The notes below the pieces were generated by a model, which saw only the letters and a program-made list of their open reading frames with translations, made no database searches and was not told the DNA's origin. The translations under genes were made by a program, and so were the position numbers. 64,000 nt of DNA from Botryllus schlosseri (Eukaryota), in NCBI GenBank assembly GCA_051294905.1, contig CM119373.1, positions 30,132,001-30,196,000 on the forward strand, in the 5' to 3' direction. This document shows, in pieces, positions 49,287-62,545 of this stretch (its first letter is position 1; each line of letters begins with the position of its first letter).

Positions 49287-50311
49287 CTCTAGACTACCCA
49301 AGGATGAGGAAGATTCCATGTATGCAGTCCATGAAAATATGCTACATTACTTCCACCGCTACGAATTGCATGACAATATAGGCTTAGTCAAGAAATCGCT
49401 GCTGCTTGCTGACCAAGACTTCGGAAGGTTCAGTGAATGCGTAGGTAGTGGCTTGTGGTCGGTAAAAGAAAACTGTGAAAGGGCGTCCCTCCACGAAATA
49501 TTGGAAATGCCTGATGCGCAATGTTGCGACAAAAGTTCTCGGTCGAATGCATTGTCATCAGGCCCATTTACATGACGGTTTAAGTCAGTTTCGAAGCCGA
49601 CTTGTCGATCCGACTCTCTTGTATTCGATGAAGAGAGAAAGGCAAACTGCTGCTCGAGCTCGAGCCTCAAGCTGTCGTGTAATGTGGTCTACGATCGGCT
49701 TGAGTCTTCGGCCATCGGCTTCCCGTGATTTGCGTACGAAGACGCTGGTTTTTGCCGCGCGGGATCTCGGCATCGTAATTCATGTTTTTCATCTGTTGTT
49801 GAGAAATTGGGCAAACATGGCAAGGAAAGGTGGGGTTACTTTGTATGTGCCCGTTTGTTTACGATGGAATGCATGTAATAATACACCAGTACCGGTGTAG
49901 CAACAGTGCTCTGTTATGACAGTTTTATTAGCGATTCCCTGTGTGTTCTTTGATAGTTGGCTTCGATCTGTAGTAGCCTAGTTGCTGTCATCAGTTACAT
50001 AAAATGGCAAACAAGGTATAACGTTACATCTGTATTTCTACTTCTCAACTACAGTTCGGAAGATATGTGGATTGTACCGGTATATACAATTCGACTACGA
50101 CATGCATATGCACAGTGAACCGATTGAAGAAACGGCTGTGCAGTGTGCTACATCGATACGGGAATACATGAACGATTGCTGCATTTCGTACATACTGTTC
50201 CGCTGGCGAAAATGATGTGAGGCGCGCGTGTGATGGAATGGAACTGGTGTCTCTCCCAAGAGGATGATATGGAGATTTCTGACTCTCCTGGTGATGATGA
50301 AGCACAGCGGT

Positions 50312-51032
50312 GTTGGGATTATTGCTTTGTTTTTAGTTCTGGGTTATAGTGATCTGCTGACAGTTTTTATAGACATTCTTGGTATTGTTAACTTCCTATT
50401 TGGTATATCATGCCGACAAGATGCTTCAATAAAGTCTTTACAGTAGTTGGTGTATCGTGACTCTTGAGTCACCCGCATACATAAAGTAGTCTGTTACAGA
50501 GGAGCAGCCGATCAACTAACATAAAGTAGTCTGTTACAGAGGAGCAGCCGATCAACTAGAGGCCACATGGGGTTTGCAAGTGGGTCACTTGAGTGGTAAT
50601 GACGTTATTTTAATCGCATCGACGAGTGATGCCTGAAATATCAAAACAGTCGTTACTCCCGCCTACTCCACGTCCCATCTTCGTTGACGCCGAAAGACCT
50701 AGCTGATAACTTGTTGTTTTCCGCTACAATCATGATATGAACAAGAATATTTTCCTCTACAAATATCGATATTATGAGTACCTCATCATTCTCGTTAATT
50801 TCGAGGATAAGAAACGTTTCAGAGTACGACCAAACACACATCGCCGTTGTACCTTGCCCACCAGACTTACTACGAATATATATTTGTAAGGGGTAAAGCG
50901 GTCGTCCACGATACAGCTTCTACGAATATATATTTGTAAGGGGTAAAGCGTCCACGATACAGCTTCCTGAAGGATCATGTAAACAAGGCCCTTTTACGAG
51001 TCAGCTCGGAAATGAGGCGTGACGTCACCAGA
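50312..51032 (+). repeat. Direct repeat copy B (partner 43971-44620), with two internal micro-duplications
   Basis: Same blocks as copy A. ACATAAAGTAGTCTGTTACAGAGGAGCAGCCGATCAACTA x2 and TACGAATATATATTTGTAAGGGGTAAAGCG x2. Confidence 0.9.
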
Positions 51033-51129
51033 GGTGGGGTGGAGTGGGGTGGGGGGTTGAAGTAGCACTGCTGTGTCTCAAAAGATTTCTTCTACCGACC
51101 TACAAACGAAGTTACGGAAGAGCGCTTGA

Positions 51130-54000
51130 AGACGTATTCGTGCTAGTGGCTGTCGCGCCCAGGATACAGCGCTCCTGTGCTTGCGGACACAATAATCAAG
51201 TGCAAAAATATCACGCCAGATTCTAAAGTGTGCACGTCGCTTCTAATGCCAAATTGGAGGAATAATATGTAACGTGCGTCGGTTGTAGATCAAATATAGT
51301 ACCCTTTCATGTATGCTGCCGAGTTTCGAATTCTCGGTGCTGGGCGAAGTGTTACACATAAACTCCAAGCCTCTCATTTTAACGGCTAACAACATAACTC
51401 CGCAACTGAAAGAAAATGTATCGTTGTAGCACGCGAGAAATAGTGTTAACACGAGAAATTCTTGCAATAATAACAACGCCATAGCAACTTGTACGGGCAC
51501 TGAAGTTACTATACGTCCTACTTGAGGATTTGGCCGCCTTTTCCAGGTTTTTGACAATGTCCTCCGAGGACGACTAATTGTCCACCTCGAAAGCTTTCAG
51601 GGTTAAGATAGTGGACAGATCCCAAGTGGAAATGGACATGAATGACGCTAAATAGAAAAATTCGTGGTTCGAACGAAAGTCTACCTTACCGGTACTCTAA
51701 ATTTGCCACGATAATAATTCATTGGGGTTGAGTACATCTTCAATGCCGATAATGCAAGTGTTCTCGCTTCGAACTTACGCGTAAGCTCCATTCTCGCACT
51801 CTGCGCCACATTATCGTGCAAGACGGGAAACAATACACGGACCGGACAATATCCCGTCGCGGCCGTACGTTGCCCGTCCCTGACCAATACAAACTTTCGC
51901 CTGGCGGTCATTCTAAGCTTCGAATTAAATAACTGAAATTATCCTTTCGTTGTCGACAACTTGAACATCAACTTTTGGTGTAATGAAGTTAGGCGCGGCT
52001 ATCAACCTAGGCGGGATGATAGGGAAAGCGCGTCGGCAGAACGTCAGGCCTAGCACCCTCCCGTCGAGGGAGAACATGTCACGGCAACGGTCTAGCTCAA
52101 GAGAAAAATAGGAGTCCGTACTCTTGACGATATTACCGAGGTTCAAGAAAGAATGCGAAGTAGCAAACGAAACTTTTACTTATGTAATTTGTATGTACAT
52201 TCTTACGAGCAGGCGTTTCATGTTCTGAACAGAAAGCGTAACCGACTTGTATGCGAAATTGACACACGAGAACTGCTGTTTTCGCGACGAAGATAACGGC
52301 CATTCCAGCAAGGTACTTCGTGTCGGAAGAATCGGAGTACGCACAACTGTGTGCCGGTCTGAATTTGCCAGAACCGACCTCCTGTGACCCACGAAAAGAA
52401 TCCACCGCTCAACTCGGCACCCCCGAGAGGCGGATCACCGCCGACGATCAACCGATTTCGGGTAAGTACGCATACGTGTACATTGCAGGGGTCATCACTC
52501 TTCATATGCCATATTTTGGGCAGAACACAGGATTTGATTGCAGATGGCGCAAGGGAAGTCACTTCGTATGTGACTAGCAGATGATAGTATGAAGAAATTG
52601 CTTGCTTCATAATAGGAACGGGCGATTGACCAGAAACGGTTCAAAGCGTATGCACGGTAGTACGAAACCGGGAACGGGCGGTTGGCCAGAGACGTCCCAG
52701 GTGATTCCTAGTGAGCGACAGACAGAATGGCGATTACACAGAACGTGACACTACCACGGTAATATAGTTGACTTCATCGAACGTCAATTGCGACACCTCG
52801 GTTCAGTACGACAAGATGATAATATGAAGAAGCGATAACGGTGATCCTCATTCTAATCGACTATAACATACGACCTGCAGCCGGCACGTTCACACAAGGA
52901 ATGTCGTTACAAGCCGAATGCTAGCAGTCGATTGCATAGAACGATGTCGCGCGTAACCAACAGTGTTGGGATGACTCGAGTCATGACTTGACTCGAGTCA
53001 GACTCGAGTCATCTTTTTCGTATGACTTGACTTGACTCGAGTCACTTTGCTAAAATGACTTGACTTGACTTGACTCGGTGTATCAAAATTGTGGACTGAC
53101 TCGTGACTCGGAGCAAAATTCACGAGTCAATTTCAAGTCATCAAGTAATCGGTGTCGATAAAAATCCCTGTATCTTGCATATGGTCGGACTGCTTGCCAA
53201 ATGCTGGTGTAACCCGTGAGACCGACCAATTTTTCAGCGATCGTGTGTTTTACTGAACCTCCATTGTTCTCTCACAAATAAATTGACCGCAAACGAAGTG
53301 ATCGACACCTACAGATTACGTTGTCGTAAACTAGTACAGTAATTAACTTAATAGCAAAATGTATATTTCTGTTCTCTGTTCTTTCCTTGACCAAACCTCA
53401 TGTTTTCTTGAAATTGAATTCAAATATAGTTGATATAGTCCTCAACCATAAGCGCAGGCTTGAGTTGTATCATATCAATTTGTAAATGGGTATTGTATGG
53501 CATCTTATCAATTCGTTTCTCTATTCTCTATTTTGGCTAGTAACTATAAACTGAGGCTGTGCAATTACTTAAGTAGTTTAGCAGTTCTACGTACATGTGA
53601 GCAATACAGCGCCTTATTGCGTGTACATTTAACTCTATATTCGCTCATTGGTTCAGAATCAATGACCAATCAATCTGTATTTCAGACAGCTAGTAAAATG
53701 CAATGACGTAGTCATGCCTCATACTTTAAAAAGGCAACTTGACTTGAATTGTGACTTGACTCGTGACTTGACTTGACTTGACTCGACTTGACTCGAGTCA
53801 CCTCCAAAAATCGAGTGACTTGATTTGACTCGAGTCACTTTCGAAAATCGATTGACTTGACTTGACTCGAGTCAAAATGTGCAATGACTCGAGATGACTC
53901 GTGACTCGAAGGTAGTGACTTGATCCCAACACTGGTAACCAATCAAGTCATCAAGGACGCCGTTGTAACCAACAACGCAGGCGTCGTCCAGCAGTTGTTG
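51130..54000 (+). repeat. Large dispersed repeat, copy 2 (partner 28260-30450), interrupted by a hAT MITE
   Basis: Colinear with copy 1. Similarity resumes after 53942 (AATCAAGT.ATC.AGGA.GCCGTTGTA, GACGTCGTCCAGCAG-like). Confidence 0.85.
52961..53934. mobile_element. hAT-type MITE with GACTCGA/TGACTTGAC subterminal arrays
   Basis: TIR CAGTGTTGGGAT / ATCCCAACACTG. Perfect TSD GTAACCAA (52953-52960, 53935-53942). Confidence 0.95.
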
Positions 54001-54069
54001 CTGTGACTTAGCAAGTCAGTCAGGTTAATCTGTGTCGCAATGCGCGCGAACATTGGATATTGCTATAGG

Positions 54070-54545
54070 GAATGCCGTGTATATACCGAAAGTACCATAT
54101 ATACCAGTCATTTAGGGTACATCGTCAATTAAACATATCCGTCTATCTGTCCAAGTTTTCGGTGAGCATAAGGGCAGTCATTTTCGGCCAAGGTTTTCTC
54201 GGTGCCGATCGTTCCGGCACACTTCCTGGATTCGCATGTTACATGGCCTTAAACTTCATATGTCTTGATGCGTCGTGGCACGCCGGCACGGTAATGACCG
54301 ACGCCGAATGCCTATTTGTATAAATCATGCGTACTTCTTCGTGGGAAGGATACCCAATAACAAAAATAATATTTGGCAACATTAAATCGCGCGCTATGCG
54401 AAAATTATTTGTAAAAGTTGCAGAAATTTTCAAAAAAAAATCTCTGTAATATATATGTTATTTCACGCAAGATAATTTTAGACCCCCTCCGAGCTCGCCG
54501 CCCCCAATTGGGTGGATTTGAGGTGTGGCAGTTACGGCTGCACGG
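54070..54545 (+). mobile_element. Third, internal fragment of the 16761-18311 hAT family
   Basis: Similar to about 17380-17820 (CCAAGGTTTTCTCG, GGATTCGCATGTTACAT, GCGGTAATGACCGACGCC-like, ATAATTTT.GACCCC.T..GAGCTCG). Confidence 0.7.
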
Positions 54546-55147
54546 TAACCCCAAATCAACCGAGAAAGCGAATAAGGGACTCAGCACATTAAGGTGGTGT
54601 AATATGAAACTTGCAAAAGCAGAAACTACCATGGCATAATCATGAAGCAAAACCGACATATAGCAGCATTTATGTGAAATAAGACTGTTAATAGCATCTT
54701 TAAATAAGATACAAAACAAAGAGCGACAATTATGTTGGTTTACAATAAGTTGTAGTAATCGCATGGTCAAGAAATGAAGGACTACAAACATACTTATTTT
54801 TAAACTTGTTGAAAATTTTTAACAGGACGGGTGGCAAACACGTCTCCGTTCACCACAAATACAGGACATAATTGTTTGGTTGTTACGACGCCATATGGAT
54901 ATATGAAAAAGTCAGAGATGGAAAGCTTGGAAACAGTCTATTACTCTATTCTACTCTATTACTCTATAAAGTCTATTACTATTTCCGTTAGTTACCGTTA
55001 GTAAAATAGTATGGTCATCACTTCACTTATAGTATGGTCATCATCACTGCACAATCTTCAACAGCACTCATCCGCACCGCAATCTTTTCAGCCGCACATA
55101 TGCGTACCACCCCACAGGTTAAAAAGCGCTGATATAGATTGTTAAGA

Positions 55148-58100
55148 TAGGGTTACGCCCTCCTTTAGGAGGATTTGTTCTCCTTTTTCAGGTTTTTGAA
55201 AATGTCCTCCGAGGACGCCAAAATGTCCTTTTTTTGAGAATTTTGGTTACGAGCACACCTGTATATACACTATAAGTGGGTTGCCAGGTATCTGTGAAAT
55301 GTGATCGAGCAATGCAAATCCGAGATACTCACTGGATCAGGCCACACGCAAGATGGAAACCACGCAGTAGCTATATCACTAAACTCACATATAAAACCTC
55401 ATGGTTTCGCCGTCATTTGGAATGTCGCATATTGCAAGGTTAACATTTGAAGTTTATCGCATATACTCGCTGCGAAACGTCGTTTTCGACGAATAAGTAA
55501 TAGATAGATGGTTTTGCTAAGTAATTTATATCTCGGTCATGCGTTAAGCATTATTCATGTCACATATCGGTTACTAAACTGCAATTCGAAGGTAATCAAA
55601 TGAATAGGGACGGGTATGCTTTTACAATAACGTCCGGAGATGAAATTGCACAGCTTCAACAGTAATGTCATCAGTCATGCATGTTTAATCGGAAAGATTT
55701 TATGTAGGCCTATAGCGATATTTCTCACACTTAGCCTACCTCAAATCACATTAACCGCATACAGTGAACGAAGAATGGAACATCGGCACAGCTGAGCGCC
55801 TAAACGTAACAATGGCAACTAATTCAGACTTGTTTATGAATTTTGCTACAGACAGTTCAATGAAAAGTATTGATCGAAATAATGTTTACGGATCGATACA
55901 TAACGCAATTGTATGTTGATCTTACGTATCTCGCATGAGTAAAGGTCATCGCTGATCGTATGATTTCACTCCACTCGTTGTACGTGTGTTATGCCCCACG
56001 AGAGAAATCTGACTGATATCCAGGAGTAATCCTAATAGGATTACAATGACAATGTGGGTATATTACCGCTTTAATACCGCATTCATACAATTCAACGAAT
56101 CTAATTCCATGACTCATTTCGTTCAAACTGGTAATGCCTCAGTGCGAAGTGATACCAAATAAAGAGTTGAACGCCCTTCTCGACGCTCATCATCAATTGG
56201 TCCATACGAAAATAAAATTGTGATATCGTCGATACCTCATGGACGCCGTCAATCCACTGGAGTCCTAATGACATGATGGTTCAATAGTAAAACTCCGAGT
56301 CCGTACGACCATAAGCGACCTGGCAAAGCGATCACAACATAGACCGCGGAAATTAGAACCTTGTATTAGCGTTTAATGTCACTCTCTCTCTTTTACATCA
56401 CCCACTACGATATCGCACTCTGACCCCCACGACACTATCCTAATTTGACGCACTGCAACACATCTAGCTTATCAAAAATGAAAAATCACGAAGAAAAATG
56501 GAATATAATATCATGAAGAGAATTGGTATTACAGCAATGAAAATGAATTCTACATGCGGTGGCATGGACAACGTCATAACTGAAGCTGCCATATATATAT
56601 AGACCACCAATTTTCTCATTTAGGCTACTGGAAACAATGCATTTTTGATATATATACAATGCAGATAAATATGGCCACTACTCTAGGAATCACGATAACG
56701 CCATAGACAAAAGAATACTGAAAAATGGCATTGGTGTAAACTGCACGTTGTTAGGATTGTCGAGGTATTCCATTCTGAAAAAAATAAAAACAACATATCA
56801 ATATACATTCAGGGGTCTAGAGCGATTTTATATCAAGTGTGACGGATAACAAGTAACATTTCGTAATACTTATAGATAATTGTAGAAGAGCGAAGGTACA
56901 GAACTTCAATATACAATTGACATATTCATATTACGATAACCCCGGATATTTTAGGCTCTGCATATAAACAGTTTATTCAATTCTTTACTATAATTGCTGA
57001 GGATCACGACGAAAATATTTGGGTTCATTGCTATATGAATATATTACGCAATCGAGAATTTTAAAAGGCAATGTGTAGTTTGATTGATCAGTAGTGGAAC
57101 TGGAAAGAAGTAGTAACAAAGTACAATGTGGGTGTATCAACGCATATACTCCAATCCAGTGTCGGATTACTCGACTCACGTTTTTGGAATGGCCTGGAGT
57201 TAGTTCTTATCGTCGGTTGTAGAAAGTCCGGTAGACACCACCGATAGGTCAGTCTTCGACGGAGCAAACAGCTTCTTGTATTCGCCCGTTCTGATCACCG
57301 TCATGTAGAAAATCATGACGCCCTGTGCATAAGAATCCATTACACACTTCGTCGTTTTGCAAATCAAAGAAAATAGAACCATAGACATGATTTTATAGTA
57401 TGTTTCCTAAATCACTCCTTTATAGTTTGCGATGTACTTGATATAAGTAGCAGTAAAAACTTTAATGAAAACTGGAAAAATAAATTGCAAAAAGCTGCAT
57501 TAAAAATTCCTTCTAACAGCTTTTAAAACATTATACTACATGGATTCTGAGTTTTTAGGAAGCTGTGAAAAAGCAGCAGAAGTCACAAAATTTGCCCTAA
57601 TGAATAATTAGGCCAGAGGTTCCCAACCTAGGGATTATCCTCTGGGGTCGCGAGGACGTAAATTAAATACTAATGACTAAATAATGCCAATTAGAAATGC
57701 CTCAGATGTCTTATTTCTGAAAATTTTAGTTCATTTTTAAAATGGAAAACAAATCGACCCCTGACGAATGTCAGGTATAGAAGGTATCAGAAGTGTCATT
57801 TTAAAGCGCCATCTACTGTAACGTAAGGTTAGTGTCTCGCCATCATTATAAAGATTAAAGTGTCGGGTGCATAGAAATCAATAAGACGGTAATTTTCTGT
57901 TCCGAGAAGTAGTTAACAGTATGATAAATACACAAACGCTCGGCCGAATACCTTATAGATCGATATCCGTATTTCGCTAGAAGCAGAATTTCACGTAGCA
58001 GTACTTGACTACTTCGATTGGAAATAAATACAAATCGCTCAAAAAGACCTCTGTATACGTTGCCATAGTCTTGACTGACGAAGCCCGACGAGTTGATATT

Positions 58101-58517
58101 GCCAATTGCTATTACTGCGCACAATGGTTGCCCAGGGCTACCAAATCAGAGAAGTTAGTTGACCAAAACAGCCGATTTCGTTATTTTTGCTGTAACATTT
58201 GGTGAGTCGACTAGAAAAAGGTCAGTACTTTCGTTCGACTACCCCGACTTACACACTTTTTACCTGAAGGTGTTGACTAAAAAAAAGAAGGTCGTCACTA
58301 TCGATCGAACCACGAATTTCCCGCTCGAACGTCCGTCATTGCTATTTAGCGCGATTTATGCCAATTTTCACTCGAATCTGTCCATTATCTTAAATGTAAA
58401 AGCTATAAATGAGGACGAATTGCCAAAAAGAAAGACATTTAGGCGTCCTCGGAGGACATTTTCAAAACCTGAAAAAGGAGGACAAATCCTCCTAAAGGAT
58501 GACGTATGGTAACCCTA
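55148..58517. mobile_element. 3.4-kb element with ~85-bp TIRs (TAGGGTTAC...), probably hAT-related, with non-transposase interior
   Basis: TAGGGTTAC..TCCTTTAGGAGGATTTG.TCTCCTTTTTCAGGTTTTTGAAAATGTCCTCCGAGGACGCC is inverted at 58433-58517. No TSD match. Confidence 0.75.
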
Positions 58518-58617
58518 TATGTTTGTCAGCTTTCCACATAGGCCATATGTGAAAATTTGGGCGAAGGGGCTGACGATTTTCTAGTCGTCAACACGCCAAA
58601 TTGATAGGAGGGATCGC

Positions 58618-58810
58618 GACAATACTAGGGGGTTAAGAACCCCTGGCATGGGCTCAATGTACTATTGTTGGGTAGTATGTGAACTCCTCATGTTAGCCCA
58701 GCCCGACTTGCCAGACAATACTAGGGGGTTAAGAACCCCTGGCATGGGCTCAATGTACTATTGTTGGGTAGTATGTGAACTCCTCATGTTAGCCCAGCCC
58801 GACTTGCCAG
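58618..58810. repeat. Perfect 96-bp tandem duplication
   Basis: GACAATACTAGGGGGTTAAGAACCCCTGG...CCCGACTTGCCA x2. Confidence 0.97.
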
Positions 58811-59276
58811 AATCTAATCCAATATCTTCAAATGTTACTAGAAAGTCTCGTTTTAGTTACAGAGGTTCTCAAGATTTTCACAAACCTAATTTCTTTCTGC
58901 CAGCACTACTATGCTTAATTCTGAGAACCATATACAATATACAATTATGACTTATCCCGCAACTTATACTTCACAATACTAATACTCGCCTGAAACGAGT
59001 TCGTGATAGTGAACAGCCAGCTCATCGAATTTAAAAAGGTCGGGTCCTCCGATACCAGCATCAGGTAGCCGACGACCCAAGACAGGCCCATGGTTGTCGC
59101 CAGACAGATAGACGTAACGTCTGCTTTATGCTTCTCTTGCTTTTCGTTGATTGCATCTGCGCAAAGAGACGTTCTAAGTTCATTTCACCATCACAGCGGA
59201 GGTGGTCATAGCGAAAAGTGTTGCCATTAAAAAAATAGTGGAAGTATAATGCAGTAAAATTGAACTCCTTTACAAG

Positions 59277-59939
59277 CAGTGCTGTGGAGTCGGCAAATTT
59301 ACCACCGACTCCGACTCCAGACATTTTCAAGTGACCGACTCCAACTCTGACTCCCGAATCTTCAAACGTACCCCCGGATCTTCAAACGTACCAATTCCAA
59401 CGCCGACTATTTTCCTCACGGAACTCCGACTCCAACAATACTACAAACCTGGAAAGTCAATCGACGTATTTACTATTTACTCTTTCACAGCACCGCAAAC
59501 TACACCAATTTGTGACTGTGTCGGTGTCTGTGACTGGCCCGATTAATTTGCAATTTATTCCTTCATGCAACCTAATTGCTATTTGCAAATTATGTCCAAT
59601 TTTATCAATATCGTTAATAATAAGAGTTAGTGTTGAAACATTTATTTTATATATTAATAGTAATTTTAAGAGACCTTTGAAAGCACTTGTTCTTATATTA
59701 AGGATTTAAATATTATTAGTGATTTTGATAGACCTTTGAAAGCACTTGTTCTCATATTAAGGAAGTAGGAGTCATGAGCAATTGAGCATTTTCACAAACT
59801 TCCACGCAGACTCCAGTCAGTTTTTTTTCACGATTCCTACTCCCAAGGAGTGCTAACAATTTTTTGAATTCCGACTCCAGTGAGGAAAATATGAGCAAAC
59901 CTCCGACTCCAACTCCACGACTCCGACTCCACAGCCCTG
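59277..59939. mobile_element. hAT-type MITE with CCGACTCC subterminal repeats
   Basis: TIR CAG(T/G)GCTGTGGAGTCGG. TSD TTTACAAG / CTTACAAG (7 of 8 match). Confidence 0.9.
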
Positions 59940-59994
59940 CTTACAAGTCGGAGAGGCGCCTTAACAAGATATCCCAAAGCTGCTTCAACTAGAC

Positions 59995-61021
59995 CAGAGG
60001 TCTCAAACACGCTGCCCGCGAGATCGCTTTGTGCGGCTCACGTCGTCATTTTAGATTTTGAAGTATCCGACAATATTCAACTTCCACTTATATTTGTTTA
60101 GATTTGAGAACTTGAAATTCACTTTACTACTACATGAAACCATTCATCACATTTCACTACCACATCACCTTCAGAGATTACCATGCGGGGGAAGATCAGC
60201 TATTATATAATTATGTCACATTACCTGTTTATGATGGTAAAACATTATCCGTTGATAGTTCGTGACTGAAAACTGTGATTTGGACCTGGGCGGGACCTTA
60301 TGTAGAATTACTCGAACTCGGAATTTAGTCGGGTGAAAACTTTACCATCAGAAAATGACTGTGACTCAGAACGCCGTGACTTAGTACAACCAAGGACTAT
60401 TATCACACTGTTATGTGGAATAATAATATATCAAAAGGTCGTAGCTTGCGTTGCGTAGCCTATTTAGCTATCAGATCAGGTCAGAATGACGATGGCAACC
60501 ATTGGCATTCTGTTACCCCTTGATCCTGCGTCTTATTGGGATTGTTTATCCATGTTATTGTCACCAATTAAAGGTGGCGAGTGATGTACTGGTGCGCTCC
60601 CCCGCTGCAACAATAATGAATTGCTCTGCTATTGGACTGTTTAATTGCTATGGCACATTAATCATTATATTCAAGTTGATAAATTCCTATATTCTAAGGT
60701 TGATCTAACTTCTATGCATGCACCCCCGTGATGCATTTGTATGCTAGCATGGCGTCTATAACAATCTATGCCAAGTACAACAAAAATTTCATTCAAATAT
60801 TTAAAAATGTGATTTTTTCGTGCTAGGCTTGAATTAACATATTAGTATAAATCACATTTTCACGATGCTTGTGGAATACCAGTAAGCCTACTCTGCAAGG
60901 TCCCGTCAAATAAGGCCTACCTGGAAATACATTGGTTACTCCTGTTATTGGTGCTGCGGCCCGCGGAGCCATCAAAATCCAGGATATTGGCCCGCGAGCA
61001 TATTTGAGTTTGAGACCTCTG
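59995..61021. mobile_element. Internally deleted hAT (Buster/Charlie-like) element
   Basis: TIR CAGAGGTCTCAAAC. Perfect TSD AACTAGAC. GGCCCGCG subterminal motifs and a degenerate ILLP C-terminal relic near 60505. Confidence 0.92.
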
Positions 61022-61238
61022 AACTAGACGTAGAAAATAAACAATTCTAAAAGGGCTGTAGAAAATAAACAATACAAAAAGGGCTGAAGTATTTCAAAAA
61101 CTTGGGCGGGCCTAGCCGTCGCACACTTAAAGTTGTCAATCCACTATTAGTCAGGCTACATTCAAAATAGAAAGATGCCTAGGCTACATTCAAAATAGAG
61201 AGATGCCTCGTCGTAACTAACACAAAATCACTGATAAC

Positions 61239-62143
61239 TAGGGCAATTTTTTTTTGACATGTCAAAAAAAGTCAAAATTAGGTCAAAATTGTAGCGTTAG
61301 GTCAAAATTTGTCAAAATTGTTTACAAATTTGTCAAAATTGTTTACAAAGTCAAACATTTTTTGATCTCTGCATTTCGTTTGTATCTAGATTTTGCGCTG
61401 TCGGTGAACTTATCATTTGATATTTTACAGCTTGTAGCCTACTTTATAGGCCTACCGTTGTAAACGGATCATCGTCTGCTCATTGTGAATCATAAATAGT
61501 CAAATGAAACAATAGTGACATGGTTTTATGGTCAACGTACCGCAATATCCTAGCTGAAGCAGGACTGCTTGGACATTGCATGGTTCTTATATCAAGAAGC
61601 GCAAGCTGAAAAATTGTGATATACACAACATTGTCAGAATGAAGCGACACGGTTTGTCACCAGCAGTGTGCACACAACTTGAGTGTTGTCAGCCAACAAA
61701 TGCTGCTGTTGAACGTTCTTTCTCCGTTCTTGGCAAGCTACGTAGTAAGGACTAAGGACAGACACTTTCTACCCGAGAATGTAGGAAAGGATCTTTCGTT
61801 GTAGTACAACAAATTTTAATTATTTCCACCAGAATACGTAATGTAACTACTGGAATTCTTCATAGGGCCAGATTTCGTTAAAATACTAGTTTTTCATGTA
61901 AAAATATGTCAGTTTTTGAGCCAAAAACGTTTTTTAAGGCCAATCTACTTTGTAAGGACAGACAGTTCCAACCAGAAATGAAGATAAGTAGTACAATTTT
62001 AACATTATATGCGAAAACACCTAATTTGCATACGTGAGGTCAAAATTTGGTCAAATTTCAGTTTTTTTAGGTCAAAAAAGGTCAAAATTTAGATTTTTTA
62101 GGTCAAAATCTTCCGTTTTTTAGGTCAAAAAAAAATTGCCCTA
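61239..62143. mobile_element. Internally deleted hAT element retaining the dimerisation-domain relic
   Basis: TIR TAGGGCAATTTTTTTT. Perfect TSD CTGATAAC. GGTCAAAA subterminal repeats. CQPTNAAVERSFSVLGKL at about 61685-61740. Confidence 0.93.
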
Positions 62144-62235
62144 CTGATAACGTTACAACTAGTGAGTGTCGCCTTGCGTGAAATATGTCACCTGTTCAAT
62201 ATTGCAAGTAATCTTCGGTATGACGATGCAATAAA

Positions 62236-62545
62236 CTACAACAGCAGCAATGCCACAGGCAGTAAAAATCCAGCATACAGAGAATAGTGTCGAAGCCAAT
62301 AAAAATCACCTGATCTATAGGACGACTTCAGCGTCGCGTTTCCTAAAATCGACAACGAAATATTGAATAACCCGATAGAGGACGCTGTCTGCGAAGTCAT
62401 ACCTGTGACTGTAACGTTGGGATCAATGTGCCCAAGCGTAATGCCTGCGTTTAGCACGACTATCACTACCGGTGCTCTGTAGCCAAAGTATGCGGCATAC
62501 AGGATCTTGAACATTCTACCGTAGGACGTCATGACCTGAAATAAC
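62236..62545 (-). CDS. Possible terminal exon of an unidentified gene
   Basis: Open frame after TTATTTCAG: VMTSYGRMFKILYAAYFGYRAPVVIVVLNAG...YSLYAGFLLPVALLLL*. No family recognised. Confidence 0.25.

Noticed and set aside
49249-49900. ORFs 49249-49575 and 49475-49900 as a gene
   Set aside because: The first ORF begins inside a MITE end. Overlapping opposite-strand ORFs look equally plausible and no motif was recognised.
43971-51032. The ~700-bp direct repeats as LTRs of one retrotransposon
   Set aside because: No TG...CA ends, PBS, PPT or TSD were recognised. The enclosed Gypsy fragment has its own, different LTR.
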